Of a stretch of DNA of 64,000 bases, positions 26,137 to 35,320 are shown piece after piece. Every line of letters begins with the position of its first letter. Positions within the stretch are counted from its first letter, which is position 1. This DNA is from Candidatus Multivoradales bacterium (GTDB lineage Bacteria > Acidobacteriota > Thermoanaerobaculia > Multivoradales > Multivoraceae): assembly GCA_965223325.1 (NCBI GenBank), contig CBDCWI010000001.1:1376001-1440000 (forward strand), written 5' to 3'. The translations under genes were made by a program, and so were the position numbers. A model generated the notes under the pieces. The model was given only the letters and a program-made list of their open reading frames with translations. It did not search any database and had not been told where the DNA came from.

Positions 26137-27444
26137 ATGAACAGGAGCCTCTACGCTGAGCTGGTGGCCTGGAAGGCCTCACAGCGCCGGAAGCCTCTCC
26201 TCCTCCGCGGTGCGCGCCAGACGGGCAAGACGTTCCTTCTTCGCGATTTCGCCGCGCGCGAGTACGAGCGGGTCGTCTATCTCGACTTCGAGGAAGACCC
26301 CGCACTCGAGGGTTTCTTCGAGCGCGACCTCGACCCTCACCGCATCGTGTCTGAGTTGTCGGTCTACCAGGGCGTCGACATCGAGCCCGGGAGGCACCTC
26401 CTGGTCTTCGACGAGATCCAGGTCTCCAACCGGGCTCTCACCTCCCTCAAGTACTTCCACGAACAAGCCGCCTCCTTCCACGTCGCTGCGGCCGGTTCTC
26501 TTCTCGGCGTGAAGATGTCTGAGCCTGGCTCGTTCCCGGTCGGCAAGGTGAACCTGCTCGATTTGTATCCCCTCAGCTTCTCGGAGTTCCTGGCCGCGAT
26601 GGGAGAGGGCCGCTACGCCTCGCTGCTCTCAGGGCTCGAGGGGCCGGAGCCGCTTCCCCCACCGATCCATGCGGACCTCATCGCTCTGCTGCGCGCGTAC
26701 TACTTCGTCGGTGGCATGCCCGAAGCGGTGGCGCACTACGCTCAGTCGCGGAACGCGCGAGAGACTCGGAAGATACAGGCCGAAATCGTCGAGTCCTACG
26801 TCTTGGACTTCGCCAAGCACGCCGCGCCCACAGACATTCCGAAACTGAGCCTGATCTGGAGTTCGCTGCCTCGGCACCTGGCCAAGGAGAACAAGAAGTT
26901 CATGTTCTCGGCGGTCCGCAAGGGCGCCCGTGCTAGGGAGTACGAAAACGCTCTTTCATGGCTTCGCGACGCCGGCCTGATTCACTACTGCCATGCGGTT
27001 TCGGCGAGTCGGTCGCCGCTTTCGCACTACGCGGAGCGCAGCATCTTCAAGGTCTACGCGCTCGATGTGGGTCTGCTCGGTGCCATGGCGCGCACGCCCA
27101 TCGAGCTTGGAGTCCAGGGTGAGCGCCTCTTTACCGAGTATCGCGGCGCGCTAGCCGAAAACTATGTAGCGCAGGAGCTGGTGGCGAGAGGTCAACCGGA
27201 GCTCCACTACTGGCGGAGCCGGGGCGGACGAGCAGAGCTCGACTTCCTGTGTCAGCTCGGAGATGCCATCGTTCCGGTCGAGGTCAAGGCAGGTGAAAGT
27301 CGCCGTAGTCGGAGCCTGCACTCCTATGACCAGCAATTCGAACCGGACACGATGGTTCGGGCCAGCCTTCGGAATCTGAAGAAGGACGGGAAGATCTGTA
27401 ACGTTCCGCTGTATGCGGTCTCTGAGCTGGAACGTCTCGTCTGA
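26137..27444 (+). CDS. AAA_14 ATPase with DUF4143 and C-terminal PD-(D/E)XK-like motif
   Basis: GARQTGKT Walker A, FDEIQ Walker B, AAGSLLG, GGMPEAV, KVYALDVGLL, AELDF...PVEVK. Confidence 0.92.
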   Translation: MNRSLYAELVAWKASQRRKPLLLRGARQTGKTFLLRDFAAREYERVVYLDFEEDPALEGFFERDLDPHRIVSELSVYQGVDIEPGRHLLVFDEIQVSNRALTSLKYFHEQAASFHVAAAGSLLGVKMSEPGSFPVGKVNLLDLYPLSFSEFLAAMGEGRYASLLSGLEGPEPLPPPIHADLIALLRAYYFVGGMPEAVAHYAQSRNARETRKIQAEIVESYVLDFAKHAAPTDIPKLSLIWSSLPRHLAKENKKFMFSAVRKGARAREYENALSWLRDAGLIHYCHAVSASRSPLSHYAERSIFKVYALDVGLLGAMARTPIELGVQGERLFTEYRGALAENYVAQELVARGQPELHYWRSRGGRAELDFLCQLGDAIVPVEVKAGESRRSRSLHSYDQQFEPDTMVRASLRNLKKDGKICNVPLYAVSELERLV

Positions 27445-27523
27445 CGGCGGTGGCGCGCCACTCCAGAGTGGGTCCATCGGTTGGCGGGCAGTCTGCCGCA
27501 AGCGTCGAAGCACCCAGCTTCGG

Positions 27524-27572
27524 GTCATCGAGGTTGACGTCTCGGCCCGCCTCGAGGTCGTCGGCGAGGGCG
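27524..27572 (-). pseudogene. Short third remnant of the toxin N-terminal region
   Basis: 40/49 nt identical to 25242-25290; encodes DDLEAGRDVNLDD versus NDFEAGRDFSLDD. Confidence 0.6.
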
Positions 27573-27646
27573 CCCTCTCCTCGAGCCCCGTGTCGAGTTA
27601 ATCTGTCTCACTCACTGACTATGATTGTCTGATACTATTCTTTGTA

Positions 27647-28150
27647 ATGTCTGCCATTGATCTCGAAGCGTCTCTCGAGAAGGCCCAGGAGAGGCTGGGC
27701 TCCGACAAACCGCGTCGCCCACGCAGCGACCGGGGCGAGCCGCGCCTGGACCCTGCGATTCGCCAGGAGATCCAGCGACTGTTGCTTGCTCAGGAGCGGC
27801 CAGCGGTCAAGGCGATGCAGGCTGAACTCGAAGCGTTCTGCAGGCAGCGAGGAAAGAAGATGCCCGCGCGGTCCACGCTCTATCTGGCCATGGCGTCGTT
27901 TCCCGCTCACGCCTACCGGATCGAGGACCTCCCGCCTGGCCCGCGCCGCGCCCTCTACAACCTTCCGACGACAGGAGAGGTGCCGGGGCACCAGCTGGCG
28001 TTCTACTGCCTCAACTACGGCGACCTCGAAGCGATCAGCTTCGCCGGCGGTATGCCCTGGCTGGCGCTCTACCAGGCAGCTCGCATGCGGGGCTGGCGCG
28101 AGCGCAGTCGTGGCCTTCTCGATGCGATCTGCCGTGTCCGCCGCATCTAG
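27647..28150 (+). CDS. Putative antitoxin/DNA-binding partner of the AbiEii-type toxin
   Basis: Basic N-terminus RRPRSDRG and HTH-like PARSTLY; directly upstream of the AbiEii-like gene. Confidence 0.55.
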   Translation: MSAIDLEASLEKAQERLGSDKPRRPRSDRGEPRLDPAIRQEIQRLLLAQERPAVKAMQAELEAFCRQRGKKMPARSTLYLAMASFPAHAYRIEDLPPGPRRALYNLPTTGEVPGHQLAFYCLNYGDLEAISFAGGMPWLALYQAARMRGWRERSRGLLDAICRVRRI

Positions 28151-28162
28151 GGAAGCCTGAAG

Positions 28163-28828
28163 GTGAGTCGCTACAAGCCGGAGCAGGTCATCCCAGGCGC
28201 GATTCGACCGGTTGTCGAACCTCTTCCCTACTGGTTCGTCATCGGCGGCCACGCCGTACGCTGCTTCTGCCCTTATCGCCCGACCCGCGATGTCGACTTC
28301 GGGGTGCGCGAGGCGCCTTCGATCGAGGCCCTGCTCGGCGCGCTCGAAGAAAGCGGCACGACCGAGGTTCTCGACAAGAGCGCCGACACGGTGCATCTCA
28401 CCTGGAACGGCATCGGGGTATCGATCTTCCTGCTCGAGGAGATCGGCCGCTACACCGAGGAGCGCCGCCTGGACGTCAAGGGCATCCTCGCCACCAAGGT
28501 GCACGCCATCATCGACCGCGGCACACGTCGCGACTTCTTCGATCTCTACGTGACGCTCCAGGACCAGCAACTGGGGATCGCCGAGGCGTTGGTCGCGCTG
28601 CGTACGGTCTACGCCCAGGAGATCAACGACTCGCTGGTGCTGCGCGCGCTGACCTGGTTCGAGGACGCTGAGCGCGAGGCCCCACTGCCCGGAGAGGGCG
28701 GGAAAGACTGGCAGAAGGTCCAGGACTTCTTTCTGACGCGCGTTGGCTCGCTGATCGTGCCGCCTTCTCATGTCCTCGAGATCCAGCGTCTGCTGGTCGA
28801 TGTCGATGGAGAACCATCCAGCCCCTGA
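28163..28828 (+). CDS. AbiEii/AbiGii-family nucleotidyltransferase (type IV TA toxin-like)
   Basis: IGGHAV...RPTRDVDF, ATKVHAIIDR, RDFFDL, ALTWFEDAE. Confidence 0.85.
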   Translation: MSRYKPEQVIPGAIRPVVEPLPYWFVIGGHAVRCFCPYRPTRDVDFGVREAPSIEALLGALEESGTTEVLDKSADTVHLTWNGIGVSIFLLEEIGRYTEERRLDVKGILATKVHAIIDRGTRRDFFDLYVTLQDQQLGIAEALVALRTVYAQEINDSLVLRALTWFEDAEREAPLPGEGGKDWQKVQDFFLTRVGSLIVPPSHVLEIQRLLVDVDGEPSSP

Positions 28829-28899
28829 GGCCGCCTGGAAAGAGCCGCCACCCGACCACCGTCCCGGACCGACCGCCTTCCTGGCGGTAGACTCAGCCC

Positions 28900-29835
28900 A
28901 TGTCCCAAGCTGCCTCGATCCCATGGGCGCCTGTCGCCAGCATTTCCGACGTTCCTCCCTCGCCACCTGTCGATCAGGTGGGAGCTGACGAACGTGCCGC
29001 GCGGCTGGGGACGCGCTCGATCAAGAAGGAAAGCAAGCGCGAGGCGCTTCACCTTGTTCTTTCAATGATCGACCTGACGACCCTCGAGGGCGCCGACTCG
29101 GAGGGCAAGGTCAAACGGCTGTGCGCGAAGGCAAAGAACCTGCATAGTGCGCTCCCCGGCCTGCCGCACGTCGGCGCGGTGTGCGTCTATCCCAACTGGG
29201 TGAAAACGGCAGTGGCACAACTCGAAGGCACCGGCATCGGCATCGCTTCGGTGGCCAGCGGCTTTCCCAGCGGTCAGATTCCGCTCGAACTGCGTATCGA
29301 AGAAACCTCCCGCGCAGCCGCAGACGGAGCAACCGAGATCGACATGGTCATCTCGCGCGGTCGTTTCCTGGCTGGCGATCATGACTACGTTTTCGAGGAA
29401 GTTCAGGCGCTCAAGGAAGCCTGCGGCGACGCGCACCTCAAGGTCATCCTCGAGACCGGCGAACTCGAGACCTACGACAACGTGCGGCGCGCGAGCGATG
29501 TGGCAATGTACGCCGGCGCCGACTTCATCAAGACCTCGACCGGCAAGGTCAAACCCGCAGCCACCCTACCGGTCACGCTGGTGATGCTCGAGGCCATTCG
29601 TGACTTCTGGTACGCCACCGGTCACCGGGTCGGGATGAAACCGGCGGGCGGCATCTCGAACTCCAAGCTGGCCATCAAGTATCTGGTCATGCTCCAGGAG
29701 ACTCTCGGGCGCGACTGGATGAACCCCGAGCTCTTCCGCTTCGGCGCATCGTCGCTTGCTAACGACGTGTTGATGCAGATCGCCAAACAAGAGACCGGCC
29801 ACTACCAGTCTCCCGACTACTTCTCTCTGGGTTGA
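28900..29835 (+). CDS. deoC: Deoxyribose-phosphate aldolase
   Basis: IDLTTL, AVCVYP, EIDMVI, LKVILETGEL, FIKTSTGK, KPAGG, FRFGAS. Confidence 0.96.
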   Translation: MSQAASIPWAPVASISDVPPSPPVDQVGADERAARLGTRSIKKESKREALHLVLSMIDLTTLEGADSEGKVKRLCAKAKNLHSALPGLPHVGAVCVYPNWVKTAVAQLEGTGIGIASVASGFPSGQIPLELRIEETSRAAADGATEIDMVISRGRFLAGDHDYVFEEVQALKEACGDAHLKVILETGELETYDNVRRASDVAMYAGADFIKTSTGKVKPAATLPVTLVMLEAIRDFWYATGHRVGMKPAGGISNSKLAIKYLVMLQETLGRDWMNPELFRFGASSLANDVLMQIAKQETGHYQSPDYFSLG

Positions 29836-29843
29836 ACCGCGCT

Positions 29844-31376
29844 ATGTCTGAAACCACTTCGAACGGCTTCGCAAGCCGCCGCCTGAACCTCGGCGGCCTC
29901 GCCTACGCGCCCGCACCCGAGAACACCGAGCCGATCAACCTCCGTGAGCGCTACGGTGTGTTCATCGACGGCGAATTGCGCGAACCCCGTTCTGGGCAAT
30001 GGTTCAAAACCATCGACCCCGCGACCGAGAAACCCCTCGCCGAAGTCGCCGAGGCCGGCGAAAGAGACGTCGACGCGGCGGTCGCCGCAGCGCGTCGTGC
30101 CTTCGACGGCGAATGGTCGGCCATGCCGGCGCGAGAGCGCGGCAAGGTACTTTTTCGCGTCGCGCGGCTCATTCAGGAGCGGGCGCGCGAGCTGGCCGTG
30201 GTCGAGTCGATGGATGGTGGCAAGCCAATTCGCGAGTCCCGAGACGTCGACATTCCGCTGGTGGCTGCCCACTTCTTCTACTACGCCGGCTGGGCCGACA
30301 AGCTGGCCTGGGCCGCACCGGGGGCATCAACGAAGCCGCTGGGCGTCGCCGGGCAGGTCATTCCGTGGAACTTTCCACTCCTGATGGCGGCCTGGAAGTT
30401 GGCGCCCGCGCTGGCGGCCGGCAACACGGTGGTTCTCAAACCAGCCGAGACCACTCCCCTCACCGCCATGCTGCTCGCCGAGATCCTCACCGACGCAGGC
30501 CTCCCGGCCGGCGCAGTCAACATCGTTCCAGGGGCCGGCGCCACCGGCGCCGCTTTGGTGGGTCACCCGGGAGTCGACAAGGTGGCCTTCACCGGCTCGA
30601 CCGAAGTCGGCAAAGAGGTCCTACGCACGCTCGCACCGACCGAGAAGCGCTACACCCTCGAGCTCGGCGGCAAGGCCGCCAACCTCGTGTTCGAAGACGC
30701 CGCCATCGACCAGGCCGTCGAAGGCATCGTCAACGGCATCTTCTTCAACCAGGGGCACGTGTGTTGTGCCGGATCGCGGCTTCTGGTGCAAGAAGGCATT
30801 GCCGATGTGATCGTGCAGAAGCTCCAGGACCGCATGGACACCCTGATCGTCGGCGACCCGCTGGACAAGAACACCGATATCGGTGCGATCAACTCAAAAG
30901 AGCAGCTCGAGCGCATCGAGGGCTATCTCGAGATCGGCCGGGACGAGGGCGCGGGCATCTACCAAACGTCGTGTGCCGTCCCCGAATCCGGCTACTGGTG
31001 CCGGCCGACGCTCTTCCTCAACGCCAGCCCAGCACATCGCGTCGTCCAGGAGGAGATCTTCGGCCCGGTTCTCAGCGTCCAGACCTTCCGTACCGTCGAC
31101 GAAGGGATCAAACTTGCCAACAACACGCCGTACGGTTTGTCCGGTGGCGTGTGGACCGACAAGGGCGCCCGCGCCTTCCGCGTTTCGAACAAGATCCGAG
31201 CCGGCGTCCTGTGGGCGAACACCTACAACAAGTTCGACCCCACCTCGCCGTTCGGCGGCTACAAGGAAAGCGGCAGCGGTCGTGAGGGCGGGTTGCACGG
31301 TCTCGCCGAGTACCTCGACATGACTCCCCTGGGAACGCCCGAAAGTTCATCGGTATCCCAAGGAGGTGCAGCATGA
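29844..31376 (+). CDS. NAD-dependent aldehyde dehydrogenase (probable acetaldehyde oxidation with deoC)
   Basis: PWNFP, KPAE, FTGSTEVG, LELGGK, NQGHVCCAG, EEIFGPV, PFGGYKESG. Confidence 0.95.
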   Translation: MSETTSNGFASRRLNLGGLAYAPAPENTEPINLRERYGVFIDGELREPRSGQWFKTIDPATEKPLAEVAEAGERDVDAAVAAARRAFDGEWSAMPARERGKVLFRVARLIQERARELAVVESMDGGKPIRESRDVDIPLVAAHFFYYAGWADKLAWAAPGASTKPLGVAGQVIPWNFPLLMAAWKLAPALAAGNTVVLKPAETTPLTAMLLAEILTDAGLPAGAVNIVPGAGATGAALVGHPGVDKVAFTGSTEVGKEVLRTLAPTEKRYTLELGGKAANLVFEDAAIDQAVEGIVNGIFFNQGHVCCAGSRLLVQEGIADVIVQKLQDRMDTLIVGDPLDKNTDIGAINSKEQLERIEGYLEIGRDEGAGIYQTSCAVPESGYWCRPTLFLNASPAHRVVQEEIFGPVLSVQTFRTVDEGIKLANNTPYGLSGGVWTDKGARAFRVSNKIRAGVLWANTYNKFDPTSPFGGYKESGSGREGGLHGLAEYLDMTPLGTPESSSVSQGGAA

Positions 31377-32335
31377 GCATCGCCCCCGAAAAGGAAGCCA
31401 GAGACCGCCCAGCAGTCGACCTGGACGGCCTGGATCAGACACAGGGCGCCTCGAAACGCCAGCGGCTCGCGGTTTCAAAAACCTACAAGCTCTACATCGG
31501 GGGCGCCTTCCCGCGTACCGAGTCGGGGCGCTACGACCGCGCCGCGAACCCCAAAGGCGAGCTGTTGGCAAACGTCTGCCGAGCGTCGCGCAAAGACTTT
31601 AGGGAAGCAGTCGTTGCAGCGCGCGCCGCCCAACCAGGCTGGGCCCAGCGCTCGGCCTACAATCGCGCGCAGATCCTCTACCGCATCGCCGAGATGCTCG
31701 AAGGCCGCGGCGAGCAGTTCGAAGCCGAGCTGCGTGCTCACGGTGCGTCGGCGAAAGACGCGCGGCGCGAGGTCGAAGCCACCGTCGACCGGCTGGTCTA
31801 TTACGCCGGCTGGGCAGACAAGTACCAGCAGGTCTTCGGGTCGGTGAACCCGGTCGCCTCGTCGCACTTCAACTTCTCGCTCCTCGAACCGATGGGCGTG
31901 ATCGCGCAGATCGCCCCCGAGGCAAGTGCCCTGCTCGGCCTGGTGTCGCAGATCGCACCCGCGATCGTAGGCGGCAACACCGTTGTTGCGCTCGCGTCAC
32001 GCTCGAAACCGCTTCCCGCCATCTCCTTCGGTGAGGTGCTGCACTCCTCCGACGTACCGGGAGGGGTCGTGAACCTGCTCACCGGGCGGGCCGACGAGCT
32101 GCTCGAGCACTTCGCCTCCCATATGGACGTCAATGCGCTGGTCCTCGCGCGTCGCGGTGACTCAGAAGCCGTAGATCTGGCCACCGCCAGAACGCTCGCC
32201 GCCTCAAACCTCAAGCGGGTCCGGGCAACCTCCGCGGAGTCTCTTGCCGACTTCCTCGAAGACACAGCCCAGGGCCCCTGGTCGATTCGCGACCTGCAAG
32301 AAGTCAAGACCACCTGGCACCCAATCGGGTCTTAG
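31373..32335 (+). CDS. Short aldehyde-dehydrogenase-like protein lacking the catalytic domain
   Basis: NAD-binding-domain motifs (YYAGWADK, EPMGV, PGGVVNLLTG) and EVKTTWHP end; no ELGGK or catalytic Cys segment; ATGA-coupled. Confidence 0.85.
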   Translation: MSIAPEKEARDRPAVDLDGLDQTQGASKRQRLAVSKTYKLYIGGAFPRTESGRYDRAANPKGELLANVCRASRKDFREAVVAARAAQPGWAQRSAYNRAQILYRIAEMLEGRGEQFEAELRAHGASAKDARREVEATVDRLVYYAGWADKYQQVFGSVNPVASSHFNFSLLEPMGVIAQIAPEASALLGLVSQIAPAIVGGNTVVALASRSKPLPAISFGEVLHSSDVPGGVVNLLTGRADELLEHFASHMDVNALVLARRGDSEAVDLATARTLAASNLKRVRATSAESLADFLEDTAQGPWSIRDLQEVKTTWHPIGS

Positions 32336-32341
32336 CCGCTC

Positions 32342-34273
32342 GTGTGCCGGGTCGGAGCCGCGAGCCCGCCGCTGCTGGCTGCAACACTGACGGCCGTCAT
32401 GCTCCTGGCCGCGCCGCAACAGTCGGCGTTGGCTGCCAGCGAGGTGACCTGGGCGCGCGACGTGGCGCCAATTCTCCAGCGCTCGTGTGTAGCGTGCCAT
32501 CGACCCGACGGCGCGGCTCCCTTTTCGCTCCAAGGGCCCAGCGACGCAAAGAAGCGCGCTCGCCTGCTCGCCGAAGTGACGACAACCAGAACCATGCCGC
32601 CGTGGCTGGCCTCCGGGGACTACGCCTTCACCGGCGACCGGCGCCTTTCTCGCGAGGAGATCGAGACCATTGCGCGCTGGGCCAACGACGGCGCACCACT
32701 CGGTGACCTCGATCAGGCCCCAGAGCCGACCTCCCCCTCGGTTGGCTGGCAGCTCGGCACTCCCGACTTGACTGCGCGCTCGCCCAGCTGGCGGGTTCCA
32801 GCGGACGGAAGCGACGTCTTTAGAAACTTCATCCTCGAGTGGGACGGTGACAAAGAACTCCAAACCAGGCGCCGAATTCGCGCTGTCGAGATCCGCCCAA
32901 CCAACCCACGCCCGCTCCATCATGCGGTGCTCACCGTCGATCACACCGGCTCTTCACGCCGGCTCGACCGGGCCGACCCCGAGCCGGGGTGGAACGGTAT
33001 GGAAAGTGCGTCCCGGGCGTTTAGCCCAGAGGGTCTGTTCCTGGGCTGGACTCCCGGGAAGGCCGCCTTCCCTGGCTACCCCGACCTGACCTGGGAACTC
33101 GCACCGCGCGATGACCTGGTCGTGCTTGCTCATCTACTGCCGACCGGCCGCAGCGAGCCGTTTTCTATCGAAGTCGGCCTCTTCTTTGAGGAGACCGGCA
33201 GCGCCAGGCAACCGTCACGGCGAGCCACTGCGCTGCGGCTCGGCTCGCAGGTTCTCGACATCCCGGCGGGCGGCGAGTTCGAAATCACCGATCGCTTCGT
33301 CCTGCCGGTCGATGCCGAGCTGCGCAGCGTCTACCCCCACGCGCACTATCTCGGCAAGTCCTTCTCGCTCACCTCGACCACTGCCGCCGGTGATCAGAAG
33401 ACCATCCTTGTGATCGAGCGCTGGAACTTCGAATGGCAGGACGAGTACCGCCTCGAAGAGGCGCTGGTGCTGCCCGCCGGCACGACCCTCGAAGGACGCA
33501 TTCGCTGGGACAACAGTGCGGAGAACCCGCACAACCCTTCCGACCCGCCGCAGAGAGTTCGGTTCGGACCCGGTTCCGAAGACGAGATGGGTGATCTCTG
33601 GGTTCTGCTCGTCGCTCGTGACCCTGAAACCGAGCAGCGGCTTGCTGAAGCGGCCACGAGCCATGCGCTGGGACTGCGCGAAGCGGGCCTCGAAGCACGG
33701 CTGGCACGGGACCCGGGTGACCTTGAAGCGCGCCGAGGCAAAGCCGACATTCGCATCGCCAAAGGCGACTTCGAGGCCGGCGAGCTCGGTTTACGTACGG
33801 TGCTCACTGAAGACCCGAACGACGCGCTCGCAAACGGCAACCTGGGAAACGTGTTGATGGCCACCGGCAGACACGACGAAGCGGTCGCCCACTTCGAACG
33901 CGCCGCCACCCTCGAGCCCTGGCGAGCCGAGGCCTGGTTCAACCTCGCGAACGGTCGCGCCGCCAACGGCCGGTTCGAAGAAGCACTTGCAGACCACCAA
34001 CGCGCTCTCACCATCGACGCCGATGATCCAGCGATCTGGCTCAACCGGGGCATCGTGCTCAACAGCCTGGCGCGACACAAAGAAGAGCGAGCATCCTACG
34101 AACGAGCACTCAGCCTCGATCGTCGCTACGCACCGGCCTGGTACAACCTTGCCCTGGCGCTCATTCGTTCCGGCGAGCCCGACCGAGCGCTCGAAGTGCT
34201 TGACCAGGCTCTCGGCGAGATTCCTGATCAGCCACGGCTGCGGGCGTTGCGACAGGAACTCGACAACCGCTGA
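32342..34273 (+). CDS. Secreted heme-c + PHM-like copper monooxygenase domain + TPR protein
   Basis: Signal peptide; CVACH; MPPW; LHHA, AHLLP, PHAHY, WNFEWQ, DEMG; C-terminal TPRs. Confidence 0.82.
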   Translation: MCRVGAASPPLLAATLTAVMLLAAPQQSALAASEVTWARDVAPILQRSCVACHRPDGAAPFSLQGPSDAKKRARLLAEVTTTRTMPPWLASGDYAFTGDRRLSREEIETIARWANDGAPLGDLDQAPEPTSPSVGWQLGTPDLTARSPSWRVPADGSDVFRNFILEWDGDKELQTRRRIRAVEIRPTNPRPLHHAVLTVDHTGSSRRLDRADPEPGWNGMESASRAFSPEGLFLGWTPGKAAFPGYPDLTWELAPRDDLVVLAHLLPTGRSEPFSIEVGLFFEETGSARQPSRRATALRLGSQVLDIPAGGEFEITDRFVLPVDAELRSVYPHAHYLGKSFSLTSTTAAGDQKTILVIERWNFEWQDEYRLEEALVLPAGTTLEGRIRWDNSAENPHNPSDPPQRVRFGPGSEDEMGDLWVLLVARDPETEQRLAEAATSHALGLREAGLEARLARDPGDLEARRGKADIRIAKGDFEAGELGLRTVLTEDPNDALANGNLGNVLMATGRHDEAVAHFERAATLEPWRAEAWFNLANGRAANGRFEEALADHQRALTIDADDPAIWLNRGIVLNSLARHKEERASYERALSLDRRYAPAWYNLALALIRSGEPDRALEVLDQALGEIPDQPRLRALRQELDNR

Positions 34274-34363
34274 TCGCCAGCCCAATCGGGAGGTCGCGCA
34301 GGTGGTGCAATGATGAGGCCTGCACTGCACTTCGTTTCTCGAACCAGGAGGCACGCCTTGACC

Positions 34364-35320
34364 ATGTCGAGCCTGACCCATGCATCTCGTCACCTGACCA
34401 GCACACCCCTCGCCGCTCTCATCGCCACACTCACCGTTGTCGTTCTGGTACAGAGCCTCTCTGCCCAGGATGCGCCGCCCTCGACCGACATCTTCGTCGT
34501 GTCCTGGCAAAGCACCGACGGCGAAGTACCGATGGTTGGAAGCGTCACCCGGGTGACCGACCGCGACGGCTACGACAATCAACCAGCCTTCCTGCCACCG
34601 GTAGGCGATCAGGCACCAGAGCTCGCCTTCACCTCGGCGAACGCGAGCGGGTCCACCGAGATCCTCGTCCATTCGCTCGAGGACGGCGCCACTGACACTC
34701 TGATCTCCACTCCCCAGAAGGAATACTCGCCGACTCAGGTTCCGGGCAGCACGGCCATCTCGGTGATCCGCGACTACGGCAACCAGCGCCAGGAGCTATG
34801 GCGATTCGACATCTCGGGCGAGCTTCCAGCGCGCGATGGTGCGGGCGCGAAGCACCTGCTTCCGGACATCAACCCGATTGGCTACCACGTCTGGACGACC
34901 GACGGTCGTCTGCTGCTGTTCGTTCTGGGCGATCCCCCCACGCTGCGCCTGGCGAAACCAGGTCCCGGAAGCGGCACTGTCCTGGCGGAAAACCCGGGCC
35001 GCGCACTCAAGCGCATTCCAGGTTCTGACCGGTTGGCGTTCGTTCACAAAGTCGCGGCCAACGAATGGTGGATCACCTCTGTGGACCTCGAGTCGCGCAA
35101 GCTCGAGCGCCTCTTCACAACGGTCGAGGGAAGCGAAGATTTCGCGATCGCGCCCGACGGGGCCTTCTGGATGGCGAAAGACAGCCACCTCTACCGCCGC
35201 TCACCCGGTGACGACGCCTGGCAGACGGTCGCGGACCTGGCGGCTTCAGGAATTGGAGGGATTACCCGTCTGGCGTGGGACCAGAAGGGCGAACGCCTGG
35301 CCGTCGTGGCAGCGCGCTAG
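34364..35320 (+). CDS. Secreted TolB/PD40-like beta-propeller protein
   Basis: Signal peptide; GYDNQPAF, EYSPT, PIGYHVW, ITRLAWD; AGGAGG RBS. Confidence 0.7.
   Translation: MSSLTHASRHLTSTPLAALIATLTVVVLVQSLSAQDAPPSTDIFVVSWQSTDGEVPMVGSVTRVTDRDGYDNQPAFLPPVGDQAPELAFTSANASGSTEILVHSLEDGATDTLISTPQKEYSPTQVPGSTAISVIRDYGNQRQELWRFDISGELPARDGAGAKHLLPDINPIGYHVWTTDGRLLLFVLGDPPTLRLAKPGPGSGTVLAENPGRALKRIPGSDRLAFVHKVAANEWWITSVDLESRKLERLFTTVEGSEDFAIAPDGAFWMAKDSHLYRRSPGDDAWQTVADLAASGIGGITRLAWDQKGERLAVVAAR

Noticed and set aside
27635-28966. 443-aa minus-strand ORF
   Set aside because: Antisense shadow of the TA pair, with no recognisable motifs
29999-31285. 428-aa Arg-rich same-strand alternative-frame ORF
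   Set aside because: Off-frame reading of the ALDH gene with typical Arg/Gly/Pro-biased composition
31373-32335. Second ALDH as a pseudogene
   Set aside because: Intact ORF with RBS, coupled start and conserved C-terminal motif, and no frameshift scar
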